From assembly GCA_964016885.1 (NCBI GenBank), contig OZ024743.1, positions 360,406,001-360,470,000 of the forward strand: a stretch of 64,000 nucleotides of DNA. The letters are read 5' to 3'. Source of the stretch: Eledone cirrhosa. Its lineage: Eukaryota. Made by a program: the position numbers and the translations under genes. Positions 11,472-25,454 of the stretch are shown here, in pieces (position 1 is the first letter of the stretch; every line of letters begins with the position of its first letter). Below the pieces are notes generated by a model. It saw only the letters and a list, made by a program, of their open reading frames with translations. It searched no databases and was not told the origin of the DNA.

Positions 11472-14400
11472 GGCCCTGGAGGCACGAGGTTTAAAAGATG
11501 ACCTCAACAACCTTCATAATTCATACTAGCTTTCCCTGTAATTTACTTCATCTTAATTTAGACCATATGTGTAACTGGTATGTTCTAGTGTATGATTTAT
11601 TATAGAACTGCTACCACATATTACTTGAGTGCTGATTTTGATGTCGCTCTACAAGTTATAAGTACGGATATTTGAATATTTATTCTGTGTTCTTAAATCT
11701 AATTCGTGATTATTTTTGGTGCAGTTTAAGATTCGTTTCAGTACATTTCCCTCAAACTGGTACTAAGTTATGAGTTTATTGTCTATTGTATTTACGTGTT
11801 GTCAAGCTCTCTTTCTAAAACTATATTTTATGTTTTGTGTTTAATTTCTTAACATATCGATTGTTAGTTATATTTACTTCAATATGCGTCACCTCACCTC
11901 GTTTCGATAAAATCGACTGCTGAACGATATTAAATCTAATCTTTTAAATAGAAACTTAATGACAAATATTGTTTGGTGCACTTGTTTAGTGCACTTTTTT
12001 CAGTTTCTTTAAATATGTGCTAATACTTTTTGTTTCGTACTGGTATCTTTCTAATTCCAATAAATAGTGAAAACTTTAAATGTTTTCTTGTTTGTTTCAT
12101 ACGTAAATATTAGCATTATCTGGCTGAATATTTAAATATATTGCTTCGCAATCGTGAAACCTTGTGTTCGGTCTCGATGCAGAACAAATGGCTGCACGAT
12201 AGCCTAGTTTAACCAAGGGCATTTGAGTGAATTTGGCTAGACGGAAACATTCATAGCGACAAATACAATAAGAAGACCAATGGAGCAATAATTTATTTCT
12301 AAAATATCCTGCATATGTCCTTAATGAATTTTTTTTTTCAAGGCCTTAAAATATCCGTTTGAAATACTATCATTTTTTACTGAGTAGCTTTAGATCAGCT
12401 TTGATCGAAGGGAAATGTGATATCCCAAACACACAGTTTACCATGCACTGGATAATTGCATGGGGTACAGTGTTGAACTTTAGACATTTTTAATAATCCT
12501 TACTCACCTAGTTTATTCCTGTTATTTTTGTTGTTGAGACACAGATTAGACCTGGAAAATGCGTTCAAATCGTTACCAACACTTCTTTTTTATACATGCA
12601 GTATCTAATTGTCAATGTCAAAATGTGTCTAGCTATGTTGAAGACGAGCATGTGCAATTTGAACGATATTTGGCTACTATTTCTAGCAGGTCGATTGACC
12701 ACCAATAGGCCTTTCACTTGGGCACGAACAATGAACTTATACGTGGTTTTCCAGCCTGTTAAAGACTGCATGCAAATATCCCGGATATAAACACATCACT
12801 ATCTTACGTAGGTAATGCATTAATTAGAAATGTCTTACGTACCAATAAAATGAGGGGATTGTTTGGTTTGGAGTGTATTCGATCTGTTTGCCTGTTGTTG
12901 TTATTGCTGAAACTAATTATTCCAATGGCACACAGGTAGTTGATTAAACGATGTATGGTCCACAAACCAATTGTTTCATTTATACAATAAATCCATCTAG
13001 CGAGATATTTGGTGTAGTATAACTCCATTCTCGATTCATTGTTGGACATGCACAGATTTTGTTGATGGCCAGAGTGGCAGCGGACAAGATTTACTCACTC
13101 AGAATATGACTGTTGCTGCTCAATATTTATAGAAGCTGTTGCGCATCCAAAAACCAATAATCGTAGAGAGTGAATCTAAAGACGTTGCAGCTATTTTTAG
13201 GTATACAACCTAACCTCCGGTGGATGCTCTCCCATGTTGTCTCCCCGAAATCTCCATTAAATTCTCTTCTAACTCTTGACAGTTGTTTTAATTCATGTAG
13301 TTTTCATTGGCGTGCGGCGTCATATTTTGTTATGATATATCTGTTAGGAGTGCAGCTGTTTCCGAATGCACATGTTTGTGATTGAACGATAATATATATG
13401 TGTGTGGAGTGTGTGTATGTTAGACCCATGTGGGTTTTGAAATGAGTGTTCAATTTGATTTAGTCAACACATAGCTTACTTATGGAATTGACGTAAACGT
13501 GGGTGATCGTTCTAAAATAGGTGCACTCACAACGTAGAACTCAAATATATTTTGTGTGACAGAAAGAGGCAAGACTCAGTTAAAATTATTTTGCTAGCTG
13601 AGGAGAAACATAAAATAAAGTATTTTGCTCAAGGGTGAAAAGCATTATTGGAATTGAAACTCATTGTCTTGGGATAGTAAGTCGAACTTCCTAACCTCTA
13701 AACGACACACATCCAGATAACTGCAACATTCTTTTAAGGCGTTATAATTAAGTATGGACCGTTTGGTTCCACTTAAAATTATAGCCCCACAATCTGTGGT
13801 GTGCTCATATAAAAACTATCTGACCCTCTGCGGGTGATTCTTCAATTTTATATTTATATTTTATAACGAATTTGAAATGATTCCTATTTTGTGTCCTTTG
13901 TAGTCTATTATCATTTGTAATGAGAGGATTGACAATATTAATGAAGGGTCTAATTTATTGTTCTACCTTACAGTATATATCTATTGAGTTTGATTTTAAT
14001 AGGACCAAGTATATGAAAAGATGATTGCACAGTTGATACTGAACCCTCGATATCTTGCAAGAGTGACTTTGGAGAAAACAAAACAGAGCGGAAACTTGAC
14101 GCAAACACATACATATATACATATATATGTAAATATATATATATATATTGGATGATATACATATCTTCTGATGAATTTCCAATTATCGATTAAAGGTGTT
14201 TATAATTTTCTCGAATGTTTACATGCCTACATTTTGGATATGTCTATATATTCATACACGTTGGCGCAGTCTCCGTTACAAATTCTGTATTTATACAGAA
14301 ATAATTATATATGCATATATAAGCACGCACACACACGTACACGCACGCATACAGCCGCACACACGCACATGAACATACACACGTATATATATATATATAT

Positions 14401-15124
14401 ATAATATATGCGCATAATTCATGTGTGCGCGTCTGTATCTTGTGATGGAATATTTCAATGAAAGCTATAAACATTGGCTACAAAGCCGATAAATGAGAGG
14501 TTTCTAGTCAAAGTACATTCCGATATTTGTAACGCTCGAGTTGCGAAATGCTCTTTATCACTGTTGCTATCGTAAATGCGATGAATCATTTACTAGTCCA
14601 CTGAAAATTTGGAATTAATGATGCGTTTCTCTTCCAAATGCATTATATATATATATATATATATAACATATACTTGTAAGTAATTTTGATTTGTTTACTA
14701 TCTATTCTTATTGTCAATGTTGTTGACATGTGTGTAAATGACAGTATGTATGTTCCTCCTGTATATGATACGTTTATGTGCTAAGATTCATGGCTAGATT
14801 TATTACTATTACGATGATATTTTCTAGAGACCTTTTTGATTTTATCAAAATATAGCTTCCGACTCAATATTACTTCACTTTCTCCTGTATCCATTTTACT
14901 GCCCTCTTTCACTTATACGCCCTCTTCTCGTTTAAAGCCAAACGATATACCTCTCCCGCTACATCCCGCCATCCATTCAACAATTATTACTTTACCAATG
15001 CTCCCTTTTTTACAACATCAACAGCATGAAATTTACTTCACTTCCCGTTAAGCAAACTGCATCAAACTCGTCAGTCCTGGAGTACCTGATATGGTAGTGA
15101 TTAAAATATTAAAATTCCTTCTTA

Positions 15125-15372
15125 AGCGCATAAGCTCATCAAACCGGAGCTTATCCAGATGCAATAAATTCATAAGTAAATGGGAGTCAAGAAATCGCAT
15201 TGAACGATACGCCAGTCCATCGTAAAGTTAATCTCCAACTGGTGCTTATAATGGTTTGTAGCATTGTGGTGCCTAGCGGCAGGTAATTATAAAATGCTCA
15301 GCCCAGTATGGGATCGTACTCATGACATAATGACCGTGAAACCAACACTTTCATATTTTTAACCCCGTGCCT
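15125..15372 (-). mobile_element. Diverged tRNA-derived SINE, second family
   Basis: Plus strand GGGATCGTACTCATGAC...CCAACAC..TTAACC is a reverse tRNA-like head; body has CCGGAGCTTATCC...ACGCCAGTCCATCG. Recognised by pattern only. Confidence 0.45.
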
Positions 15373-15615
15373 TCATAACAAATGTATAATGTTTGCACTC
15401 TTACTGAATAAAACAGAAACATGCGCCACCAAATGTTCTGAGAGATTTACTTCCATTTCTCTGTTCCGTGTCCAAGTTCTGTAGAAGAAGGAGAAGTATT
15501 TTAGATATAAACAATTGATATACTCCTATTTTTGGTGTTTGTTTGCTAAATATTTAAAAGCTTCAAATAGAAATCTATTTTAAATTACATTATATTAACT
15601 TAGTTATTAACTTAG

Positions 15616-15799
15616 GGCGGTGGGTTGGCAGTATCGGTAGAGGGTCGGATGCCAGGCTTTCCAGCATAGTTACGTCCCTTTACGATCTGAGTTCAAATCC
15701 CGCCGAGGTTGACTTTGCCTTTCATCCTTACGGGGTCGATAAAATAAAGTACCAGTAATGCACTGGGTGATTGCTGGCCTTGTGCCTAAATTAGAAACA
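15616..15799 (+). mobile_element. tRNA-derived SINE, family A, full length with TSD
   Basis: A-box-like TGGCAGTATCGG and B-box GAGTTCAAATCC; flanked by direct repeat TATTAACTTAG (15605-15615 and after 15800). Confidence 0.9.
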
Positions 15800-16831
15800 A
15801 TTATATTAACTTAGTTTCACGCTAAATTGTTTACGTTTAGCTCCCAAATGAAATACATTAAAACCCGCCTAACGTTAAAGTGACCCTGAAATCCTTCACC
15901 CCATGTTGACCTATCTTGAAATCATTGAAATGAATGAAGGCATCGATCTCCAAGAATATACTACAATGTATTATATCTCTACGTATCACCCTGCAACAAT
16001 CCTATTTCCTAGAAACGTATTAAGTCGATCATCCCTCCCAGTGTTCTATCCCTCTCACCTCTTTTTCTCTGATACTCACATTATATATGTATACATTTTA
16101 AACATTTACACGCACCTATATATATGTATATATGTCTATGTGTGTGTACGTGTATGTCTGTTTATATGCATATACATACACACACATATATATACATATA
16201 TATGTGTGCGCGTGTGTGTGTGTGTGTCTGTGTCTGTTTGTGTGTATTTAATGAACCGTGATCCGTTTTACTTTAGATTAAATACAAAAGCGTAGAATAA
16301 TTAGACCCTTGTTGTTTTGTATCTGTATTTGTAATCCATAACAACATTTATCTAAAATGGATATCTTATTAAGTATGTATGCAGATATTTACATATTTAC
16401 AGAAGATGAAATCCTCCATGAATAGCTACTCGGCTTTCGGAACCTCTACATTTCATATAAATTTCCAGCATGTGTACCCCCTTCCCCTCAAAAAGGAAAA
16501 AACTACTGAACCATTTACAAAAATATAAATATACGCATTTTAAAAAGCACTCTAGAATATAAATGAAACACATTTATTTATTTATTGATGTAGTAAATGT
16601 TATTGTCTAATACTTTTACCCCTCAACATGACCTTTAGTATTCTATCATATCTTTGTCGCCAATCCAGAATATTTTGAATTTCGTTTCGAAATTAGCCCC
16701 CCACCTCCATAAAAAAAGAGATTCTTTTGTCAATGAAACTTTATTTCTTCAGAACTGAATAATTCCATCAGTCAAAAGACTTTCTAAAATTACAAATGTA
16801 TTTAATATCAGCAGTCTAATCAATATTGTTC

Positions 16832-16887
<56 letters not shown>

Positions 16888-17871
16888 CACACATAAACAT
16901 CACACCATATATATATATGTGTGTGTGTTTGTCTCTCTGTGTGTGTGTGTGTATATTTATATATATATATATATATGGTGTGCTGTTTGTCTACATGTAC
17001 GTATGCATGCACGTATGATAGTCTAAGGGATATGTTTTCATCTGCATTTGCCAAAACTAAATTTAGATTAATGTAATTATCACGAATCGTCTTATTTGCT
17101 TTTAATAGTAGCTTATTTACCATCAATCTAATCACAATCAACATATCACTCCTCAGTTTTCGTATATTTCCATCTCTGCCATTTCAATATACTACAAAAA
17201 ACTAAAGCTCAATATTCCCCTGTCAATTACTATTCTACATTTATGGCTCCTTCAGGTCTTTTGTTTCTTTGTTGCACTGTCTGGACTGAGCAATAAACAA
17301 CTGAATAGAGAGAAAACTAAGAATTAAAGGAAAAAATCTGATTTTGTTTTTCCATCCATTCATCATTTGTAACTTCGATATGATGTAGTATCCCATTGAA
17401 TCTGTTATCAGATCTGCGATTTCTGACACATGGGTCATTTTCACGTGCAGTATTTCTACTAAACCATGTTTTAGCATCTAAATTAATATTTAAATTTAAC
17501 AGCGAGGAGGGGTGCAGAAATAACTGATATCGATATGCCAAATGCGATATTACCTGGCAAAATTCCTACAACCATATGGTTCTCATGAGAAAGTATTAAA
17601 CTACATAATTAAGATAGTACTAATCAATAGTGCTAATTCTGTTGAGGGACTGCTGAACTTGAATTTAGACAAGTATACTAACATGTGTTATACTATTGCG
17701 TACTCCTAAATTATTACAATGATCTGTAGTACCAACCAACTGCACTGCATATTATTCCGTTCCGATAGCTCCAGGTTATCTGACTCAATAATACAATTAA
17801 TCTCAAAGTATGATACTGCGTGAAGGTCTCTACGCACCATGTCGAATTTGTTTACATTTACCATATATATT

Positions 17872-20072
17872 CTTCTTCTTCTTCTTCTTCTTCTTCTTCA
17901 CCCACTTATTTCCTGAGACATTATAACCACATGTCGAAAGAATCGGAGCTGTTATCTTTTAATTCGTAGTAGTAGCGCCTCTAACTGGAGTGACTCTCTG
18001 ATTTCCAAGCTACGCACTCTATCGCGTAACGTTACTCCAGAAAACCTTTTCGGCCGCTTGTATTCGTGATCGTATTTTTTCAGTCATTACCCATGATTCA
18101 TAGGGAAGGGATGACACGAGTGGCTTTTACACCCACTTCCCTTCTAATTACTCAATGCTGAAGCTGGCGCATTACTGCACCAGCTTCTGCAATTATTGCC
18201 CTTAATTCAGCCTCATGCCTGCCATCACTTGTGAACACGGCTCCAGGATAATTTAACTACGCTATTTGTTTCAATGGCACTCTATCAACATGTAGAATGC
18301 ACTGCGCAGGCTTCCTTGAGAGGACAAATGTCTCAGGAAAGCAGCACTGTCGTCTGCAAATTCCAGTCGACTGATTTTACACCCGCCAGTCATGTTACCA
18401 CCTCCAACCCAGCTGCGCATGTCGAACCTGTTCATATAAATAATGAACAGGTGAGATGACAGTACAAAATGTTTGGCGGAGCCCGTATCCCACATCGAAT
18501 GGTTTCGATTTAGCACCATTTATCCAATCACAATTACAATCAGAGCAGCAACCTCCTGTAGAACCTTCCACAACGGGTCCATAGGAACGCAGTCATATGC
18601 GTTTTCAAGGCGGACAACACAAGAATATGCATCTTGGCTACACTCCTACGGTTTCTCGAAGACCTGACGCAGTGTGAATATTATTCGGCTGTACTGCGTC
18701 CGGCGCAAAAGCCACACTGTTCATCAGCTAGCTTGGACTCGACAATCTCCCTGCCTCTCTTTGCCAGACACTTAGCGTAGACATTACCGGGGATGCTTTC
18801 TCTCCCTCGCGAAGAAGCACCTCTCTCAAGAAAGAGAAACCCCATACACGTTCTTGATAGCAGGCGTGGAAAGAGACTTCTGATTACGAAGTCGCTGGGT
18901 CTGCCAGAATATTTATTTGCCGATCTGAAGTCGGATCCCAGCTTAACAGGAAAGTCGTAACTGTCCCATGTCGTAACTTTAGTCCCTACCTCAATTATTC
19001 TTGCCTGATTGTACCGAGTGAATGAACAATGAGTTATTTCCAAGCCAAGCTTTTTAAGCCTCCTTAATTGCTTGGATGGCATCTTTGACCTTCTGATTGA
19101 AGGAAAGGGTCCTGCCATCCGGCGCCACAACAATCCACTTTCGCTCTCTGTAATTAACTGCTGAAGCAGAGAATGTCCACTCTGTCTCAACAACCTCAGT
19201 TTGCTCATGGAGTTCTCTTAATTCGGATGTAATTGTATCAGCATACCTAGTCGTGCATTTATTCCCCAATGCTTCTCAGTTTATCCTGTTGGTCGCTCTG
19301 GACCTATCAGTTTTGTGGGCTTCCTTGGCTTTAAAATCAAATTGCAGATAACCCTTCTCTTAACAGGAACATCCAACACAGGATCAAAGAGGTCAGAGAC
19401 AATAACAAAATCATTAATCATCCCTGTCCTTGATTCTCCTTATACCATGTATATTTATGGATGTCTCTGAGCTGGAAAAAGGTGATCATAATAAAGAGTC
19501 CATTGCTAGTACAAAAGTCTAATAAGGCATTCCCTTCGTATTTAGATCGGGTTCGTCATTCCTTCCAATCACTCCTTTCCATTTCAGGTCGTACGTGCCA
19601 ACATGTGCATTGAAGTCTCACATTAGGATATAAGACTCAGTCTTAACTACATTTAATGCTGCAGTGACTTCATCAAAGAAGGATCACTATTCGTACTTCT
19701 TGTTTGGAGCATACATTTGCAGCACCCACAGAGACATGTCTTTCAACCAAAGATTCAAGAGGCAAATCTTTCCTCCTAACGGGATCCAGTCGATTACACA
19801 TTCTGACAGCCGGGGGATGTGAATATCCTCATTCCTCCCGCCTGTGCAGCCATTTCTGGCACCATAATTGAAAAGTGGAGTTTCATCCTCCATCCAAACA
19901 ATATCTGGGCCAGGGAACTTTGTTGAGGAAACCTCGACTATATCTATCCGGTAGCATCTAGTCTTTTCCACTAATGCCTGCTCCTATCATGTAAGGGTTG
20001 TGAAGATCCAGATTGCAACTGCTAAGTTTTGCTCCCTTCCGGACCCTGTTTGGGGTCTCGGGATCCGCAAAC

Positions 20073-20080
<8 letters not shown>
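17872..20080 (-). pseudogene. Degenerate RTE-clade LINE (APE + RT) with (GAA)n tail
   Basis: APE: IDIVEVSSTK, VLQMYAPN, DFNAHVG. RT: EQCGFCAGRST, LFIIYMN, LEFADD, ESWVMTEKIRSRIQAAE. (TTC)n on the plus strand at 17872-17899 is the 3' tail. Confidence 0.85.
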
Positions 20081-20119
<39 letters not shown>

Positions 20120-20338
20120 AGGAAAAGTCATCGGTATGTCACTAGTTTTTGCAGAATGAGATGGAGACTGCAATATATGTTTCCAAAATAGCCCTTTAAT
20201 TGTAGTGTGGCAAGCAAAATTTATTGTTGCAGCTAAATCAGAATGTAATCCCAATATTTGTTTTAATTTCTCAAATTTGTTTGTTTAGTTAAGATATATT
20301 GTTTCATAACGGTGCAGTATTGGTCTCACTTTGTTCTG

Positions 20339-20408
<70 letters not shown>

Positions 20409-22526
20409 ATATTAACCCGGCTAAATAATTTGTTTGGATTTCTATATAAAAGCTTTGTTTAACTATTAACATGTAAGTAGGTAGTTTTGCTTAATACTTC
20501 AATTAGTCAGTATTGCAAAGTTCCCTAATGATGTGACTGAAGATATTTTTGCTGTAGATATAACTAATTTACGGAGTAGATATTGTAGTTGTCGCTGGCT
20601 AGAAAGTGTTTTCAACTAATTCTAAAATGCTAATGACTTTCATTAATACAATTTCCCTGAAATGCAGGTTAAATTAAATGATCTATTGTGATCCTGTGCG
20701 GCTGCTCATGTATATTCTACAATTCTGATATTCTCCTTGTTGCCAGTTGCATAGAAGTTGCCTATATACGAGAATGTGTTTACCTATCCTTTTATATCCT
20801 TGATAATTATGTTTTATTGCCTTAGTTGGATAGTTAAAACACTTGCTTATACACATTAGTTTCGTGTGAACACTTCAGTATGGATTATTTCTTGAACTAG
20901 GCTAAACATCATAGCTCAAGAATGATTTAACTGCTGGGTCTGAGATTTTAACTACTGGTATAACTGAACATATATTACACACCGATGATCAGAAACAGTA
21001 AATGCACTTCATGATTTTATTTTTTTACGATAGTGCCTGCCATAATCACATAGACTTCGAGATTGGTGAACTTGATTCGATTTATTTTCAGTTTGCACAT
21101 CAGAAATTCAACATCTTGGTACACGTTGGCGACTAGAGAACTGCCAATTGTTTATGGTATTTTGGAGCATAAGAATCAAATTAAATGGTTAGTGCCACGA
21201 TATGAATGACAGAGAAAAGACTGGAGCCTATATCGAATAGTTCTCGATGACTGTGTATTCAACCAGTGTATGTTGTATTTGGAGCACAACTAATAGAACG
21301 TAGGTATTACATCTGTAATGATGAGAGAGTGCTTGTCATCAATAGGATGACTTTCTTTTGGATGCATTATATAATATAGAGAGCAGCAGCACACTTATTG
21401 AGGATGTACCGAAGTAGAGATTGCTTAAAAATTGTAATTGATCAGCAACCGATCAAAACTGAATTATTTTCTGGCACTTAACGAGAAATGTAGTCATCAG
21501 TGTTTACGCTTAACTAATTCATATACGTGCAGTCGCTAGGAAAATTCATCATATACTGTGTAACCGTAATTTGGGGATTTACTAATTGCATGTTTCCAAG
21601 ATGAGAGAGGTTGAAATATAAAATTGTTTCCTGTTATATGAGCAGTAATTGTATGTTTCTGTCATTGAAAGTAATTAGTTAATCATGAATTTATAGGAGG
21701 ATGTTATCAAGATCTCAGTTAAGAGGAATGTTTGGATTACAGTATCTAGCGTGGATGCAGAATCCAAATGTCTGTGGAAATGTTATCACAATGACAGCAA
21801 AATTATCGTCAAGATAAAGTCCCAAAGGTATATGGTACTTGCCTAAACATTGTGGCAAACTAGTTTCAATAGAACGGGTGTCAAAGGAAGCCGACACATT
21901 GTGGAAAGAGATTATCTGGTTTGAAGAGTCTAAGCGTATAGAGAAAAGACGAATAAAGCTCATAAGAGAATCGTTTTGATAGGATTTTCTCATTGGGTGT
22001 ATTAACGATTTCTTTCTGGAAAACACTGGAGACACGTTTAATTTCACAACAAAGCTAAAGTTAGCGAAATGTGTTCAGATTTAATGTAATTATTGAGGTT
22101 TTAAACCAATGTCTGAGGCTAACTAATACCGTGTGAAAATAGTCTAACAATATTTACACATGCTATCATTACTATTTCAGGACGGTGTCTTTATCTAACA
22201 TCTTATGTGATCTATCAATGATTTTACAGAATAGATTGTATATTTTCTATCATACCAATTGCAAATTAGAATAAGATTCACATTCCTTAACTGCTTAAAT
22301 ATGTCTTAATTCAACAACTTTAGGAACGTGTAATCTATATAACTTTTCAATCCGATTTTACTAACATTAAAATCATTAGCAATTGCTACTTCCTTAATTA
22401 GCGCGCTGTTCTCAGTTGTACAAAATAAACTGCCAGGTTCAGTATGTACTATTTGTAAGCTAATATTTAATTGCATTTTCCCATTTTAATTTCCAAAGAT
22501 ATGCGGGCATTATTATAACTATCACA

Positions 22527-22711
22527 GCGGTGGATTGGAAGTATCGGTAGAGAGTCGGACACCATGCTTTGAAGCATAGAGTTACGTCCCTTTATGATCT
22601 GAGTTCAAATCCCGCCGAGTTTAACTTTGCCTTTCATCCTTACGGGGTCGATAAGATAACGTACCAGTAATACACTGGTTAATTGTTGGCCTTGTGCCAA
22701 AAGTAGAAACA
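22527..22711 (+). mobile_element. tRNA-derived SINE, family A, full length with TSD
   Basis: Flanked by the 20-nt direct repeat ATTATAACTATCACAGCGGT (22512-22531 and 22712-22731; the last 5 nt overlap the SINE head). Confidence 0.92.
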
Positions 22712-24654
22712 ATTATAACTATCACAGCGGTTGATCTTGGAATAGGGGCAGTTGGATGTCTTCGGTGAGACAATGACTATCTGGGATCTGCCCTAATCAT
22801 TACGGCTTTGGGTTCCTCTTTCAGGGGGATTGGATGGTTGTAAGATACAGTGGGATACGTTTAGTGATGATCAAAATCTTGGTCCCGCCTGTATGTCTTT
22901 TTCGTGGTATTAGTGTCTTTGCTGGGAATTTTCAGGGCATTGGAGCGCACTCCATACAAAATATTCATATTTGTATATGTGGACAATATTCAAGTCTTGG
23001 AATAAAGACATTGAAAAATCGTTTTAGTCGCTACGATTGTGGGGAGAGTCCTGCAGTTAACGGGAGCATACTGTAACGGCATCAAGCCAGTAGCCCTGGA
23101 AAGTCACATCTTAAGGCACAAGCCTATGTGTGAAGAAGGTGTATGCCTCCGCAACGAGAGTTTTGTTTAGGGTTTAGGTATCCAGTCTAAAAAAAATCCG
23201 GAAAGAATCCGCATTCAATAAGGAAAACTGACCGAAAAATGGGATAAGAGACAACTTTCCATGTACAAGTACGTAGTTAATGTCTATATCATTTCAATAC
23301 TATATTACCTCTTAACAATTCCGCCTTTTCCCATAGGTTATTTGAACAAATGTGTGCGTATAAGGATTTGTTGTTTACTTGGTCCATCTGATGCCAACGC
23401 CGACTACAAATTTATATTGGGGTATCAATTACAGCTGCAAAAAAGTTGAAAGCTTATATTCAAACGACGAAGGGGCCATATTCAAACGACGAAGGGGCCA
23501 TATTTCTAAAACATTGAAATGAAAAATATTTGGAAATAATATTTGACTACAGAAAGATGTGTAATGATAGGAGTGTGGGAGGTAAAGAAAGAAGTAAGGA
23601 GGATATTAAAAAATAACAATCTCACATTTACCGAAAATTGTCACCTTATTCTTTGATAGTAACACCCCAACATCCATCATTTCTATTCACCCTATCACAA
23701 CCACCACCACCACCACCTGTGAATTTGCTTACAGACTTTTCTCTCGGAATTCGTGGACAGAGGAATACAAACGCCTATATTGCCACAATAATTAATTATT
23801 ACCCCAATAACGGGCTTTGACCCACATTTTATACGTTCAGATCGCATTTTACATTTATCTCCAATGGATATATTCTACTGCTCTTTAAGTTTTCCAAGCA
23901 TGAAACCGTACGGCATCAGGGCTGACAATGTTCCTAGTTAGCACTAGATCTCGGGGAGAATGATGAGGTATGGAACTGTCACCAGTCGTATCTCTTCTAT
24001 GTGCACTGAAACTTACGAACTTTCTCCTCCGTTAATTTAACATCGACAATTGCTGATATGAAAATTTATGTTGCTCGGCTGTTATAGCATGTAGGACGAA
24101 TTGGGTTTTCAGTATTCTGCCTTCCTTAGTTACGGAGCGGGAGGCAAGTTTGTTATTCCTGATTTCTATGAAACACTTAAATAGTGATCTCTATCTGTCT
24201 GGCAAAATTGTCATCAAGTATCACACAAAAAGGTGTTAGGGTAGAAAGGAGCTACTGCCGCAAGAACATATGCTAACTGGTGTGTTTGAATCACGAAATT
24301 CGCACGAATAAGAGAGACCTAGTCTTTATATCTACCGTGAATATTTTGCCTAGAATACGCCAAATATCTATGTCGTGTAGTTAGCGGGCTTCAATTTCTT
24401 TTCTCGTTAGTGGTTTCTAGCTTGTAGCACAGACGTTCATTTGTATATCTTGCGATTGAAATTATAATAGTTTTATTTTAATGTTGCATTGCGTTTTGTT
24501 CCTTTGCAAATTATTGCAACTGTGCACATCAGGCGATTGTTTTAACTATTTTGCATACATAAATAATTGTATTATTATTATTATTATTGTTTATGCTTAT
24601 GTTCCTATTATAATAATATGATAATAATAATTATTATTATCATTATTATTAATG

Positions 24655-25110
24655 ATGGTCGATCGGCAGAATTTCATTTCGAGCCGAGCACTATGGACAC
24701 ATTCCAGAAATACTTCGCTTGGCAAGAGGTTGTATGGTGGACCAGACTAAAGGGACTGAAGAGAAATGCTTCCTCATCAACGGCAAATCCCTCATCAACT
24801 CCTTCAAGTTTCATCTGGAAAGGAAGGTGAGGGTGTAGAGAGAAGTGCTTCACACCCACCCCCCAGTCCATTTGTTAAAAGGTGGATGAACGTGGCGAGA
24901 ATGGTCCATGTGAGTGGGCGTACTCTGACCATGCGCCTATAAGCTGGCTAATTTGATGAGGAGAGGGATTCTCTCCCCGGGTCCCCTAGAAGCGCTGGGT
25001 GGTTCAGGATTGGTGGGGTACCTGAGTCACCCCTGCGTCGTCCATCCATCTGTTGGGGAATTTATTTTGCTATATTTATGCATAGTTTATTTTATATATT
25101 TTTTATATCT
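24655..25110 (+). pseudogene. 3' fragment of a Tx1-like LINE following (ATT)n
   Basis: MDTFQKYFAWQ joined to EVVWWTRLKGLK; FVKRWMNVARM; homologous to 39620-40260 with an internal deletion. Confidence 0.8.
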
Positions 25111-25169
25111 TCATTGTTAAATTAGTCTTGCCATTGTGCACTTTAATGGAAAGTTTGTTGGAATGACTA

Positions 25170-25452
25170 TCAAGCCGCTAGGACGTGTCGGAGGGTTCTT
25201 GCTGTTCCCAGCAAGCATGCCTTTTGCAGTGTTCTTAAAGACGGGGCTGGACTAAACTTATTTAACCATCCCTGAAAACTCTTTGAGATAGTACCTAGTG
25301 CTCTTATGGCAATGGAGACGACCTTGATCTCATGGCAGTTCCAAATCCTTTTTAACTCCCACTTTAAATCCTTGTATCGGTTAATTTTCTCCCTCTCCGT
25401 TTCTTGCACTCTCGTGTCAAAGGAGCAGGCTACATCTACAATCAGGCACAAT
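25170..25452 (-). pseudogene. 3' fragment of an older R4/Dong-like LINE
   Basis: CLIVDVACSFDTRVQETEREKINRYKDLKWELKRIW...KACLLGTARTLRHVL, a diverged copy of the C-terminus of the 1130-aa ORF. Confidence 0.9.
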
Positions 25453-25454
25453 CT

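Noticed and set aside
11500-13400. Possible highly decayed transposase or Penelope N-terminal sequence on the minus strand
   Set aside because: Only vague coding-like composition with no diagnostic motif; needs translated HMM searches.
15616-15705. tRNA gene
   Set aside because: A/B boxes are present but there is no cloverleaf, and the sequence continues into the SINE body; true for all family A copies.
17241-17541. Overlapping 74-78 aa ORFs as a host exon
   Set aside because: No recognisable domain or convincing splice signals.
20450-22500. Possible decayed coding sequence (DNA transposon or host exon)
   Set aside because: Stops in all frames and no motif or splice structure I can support.
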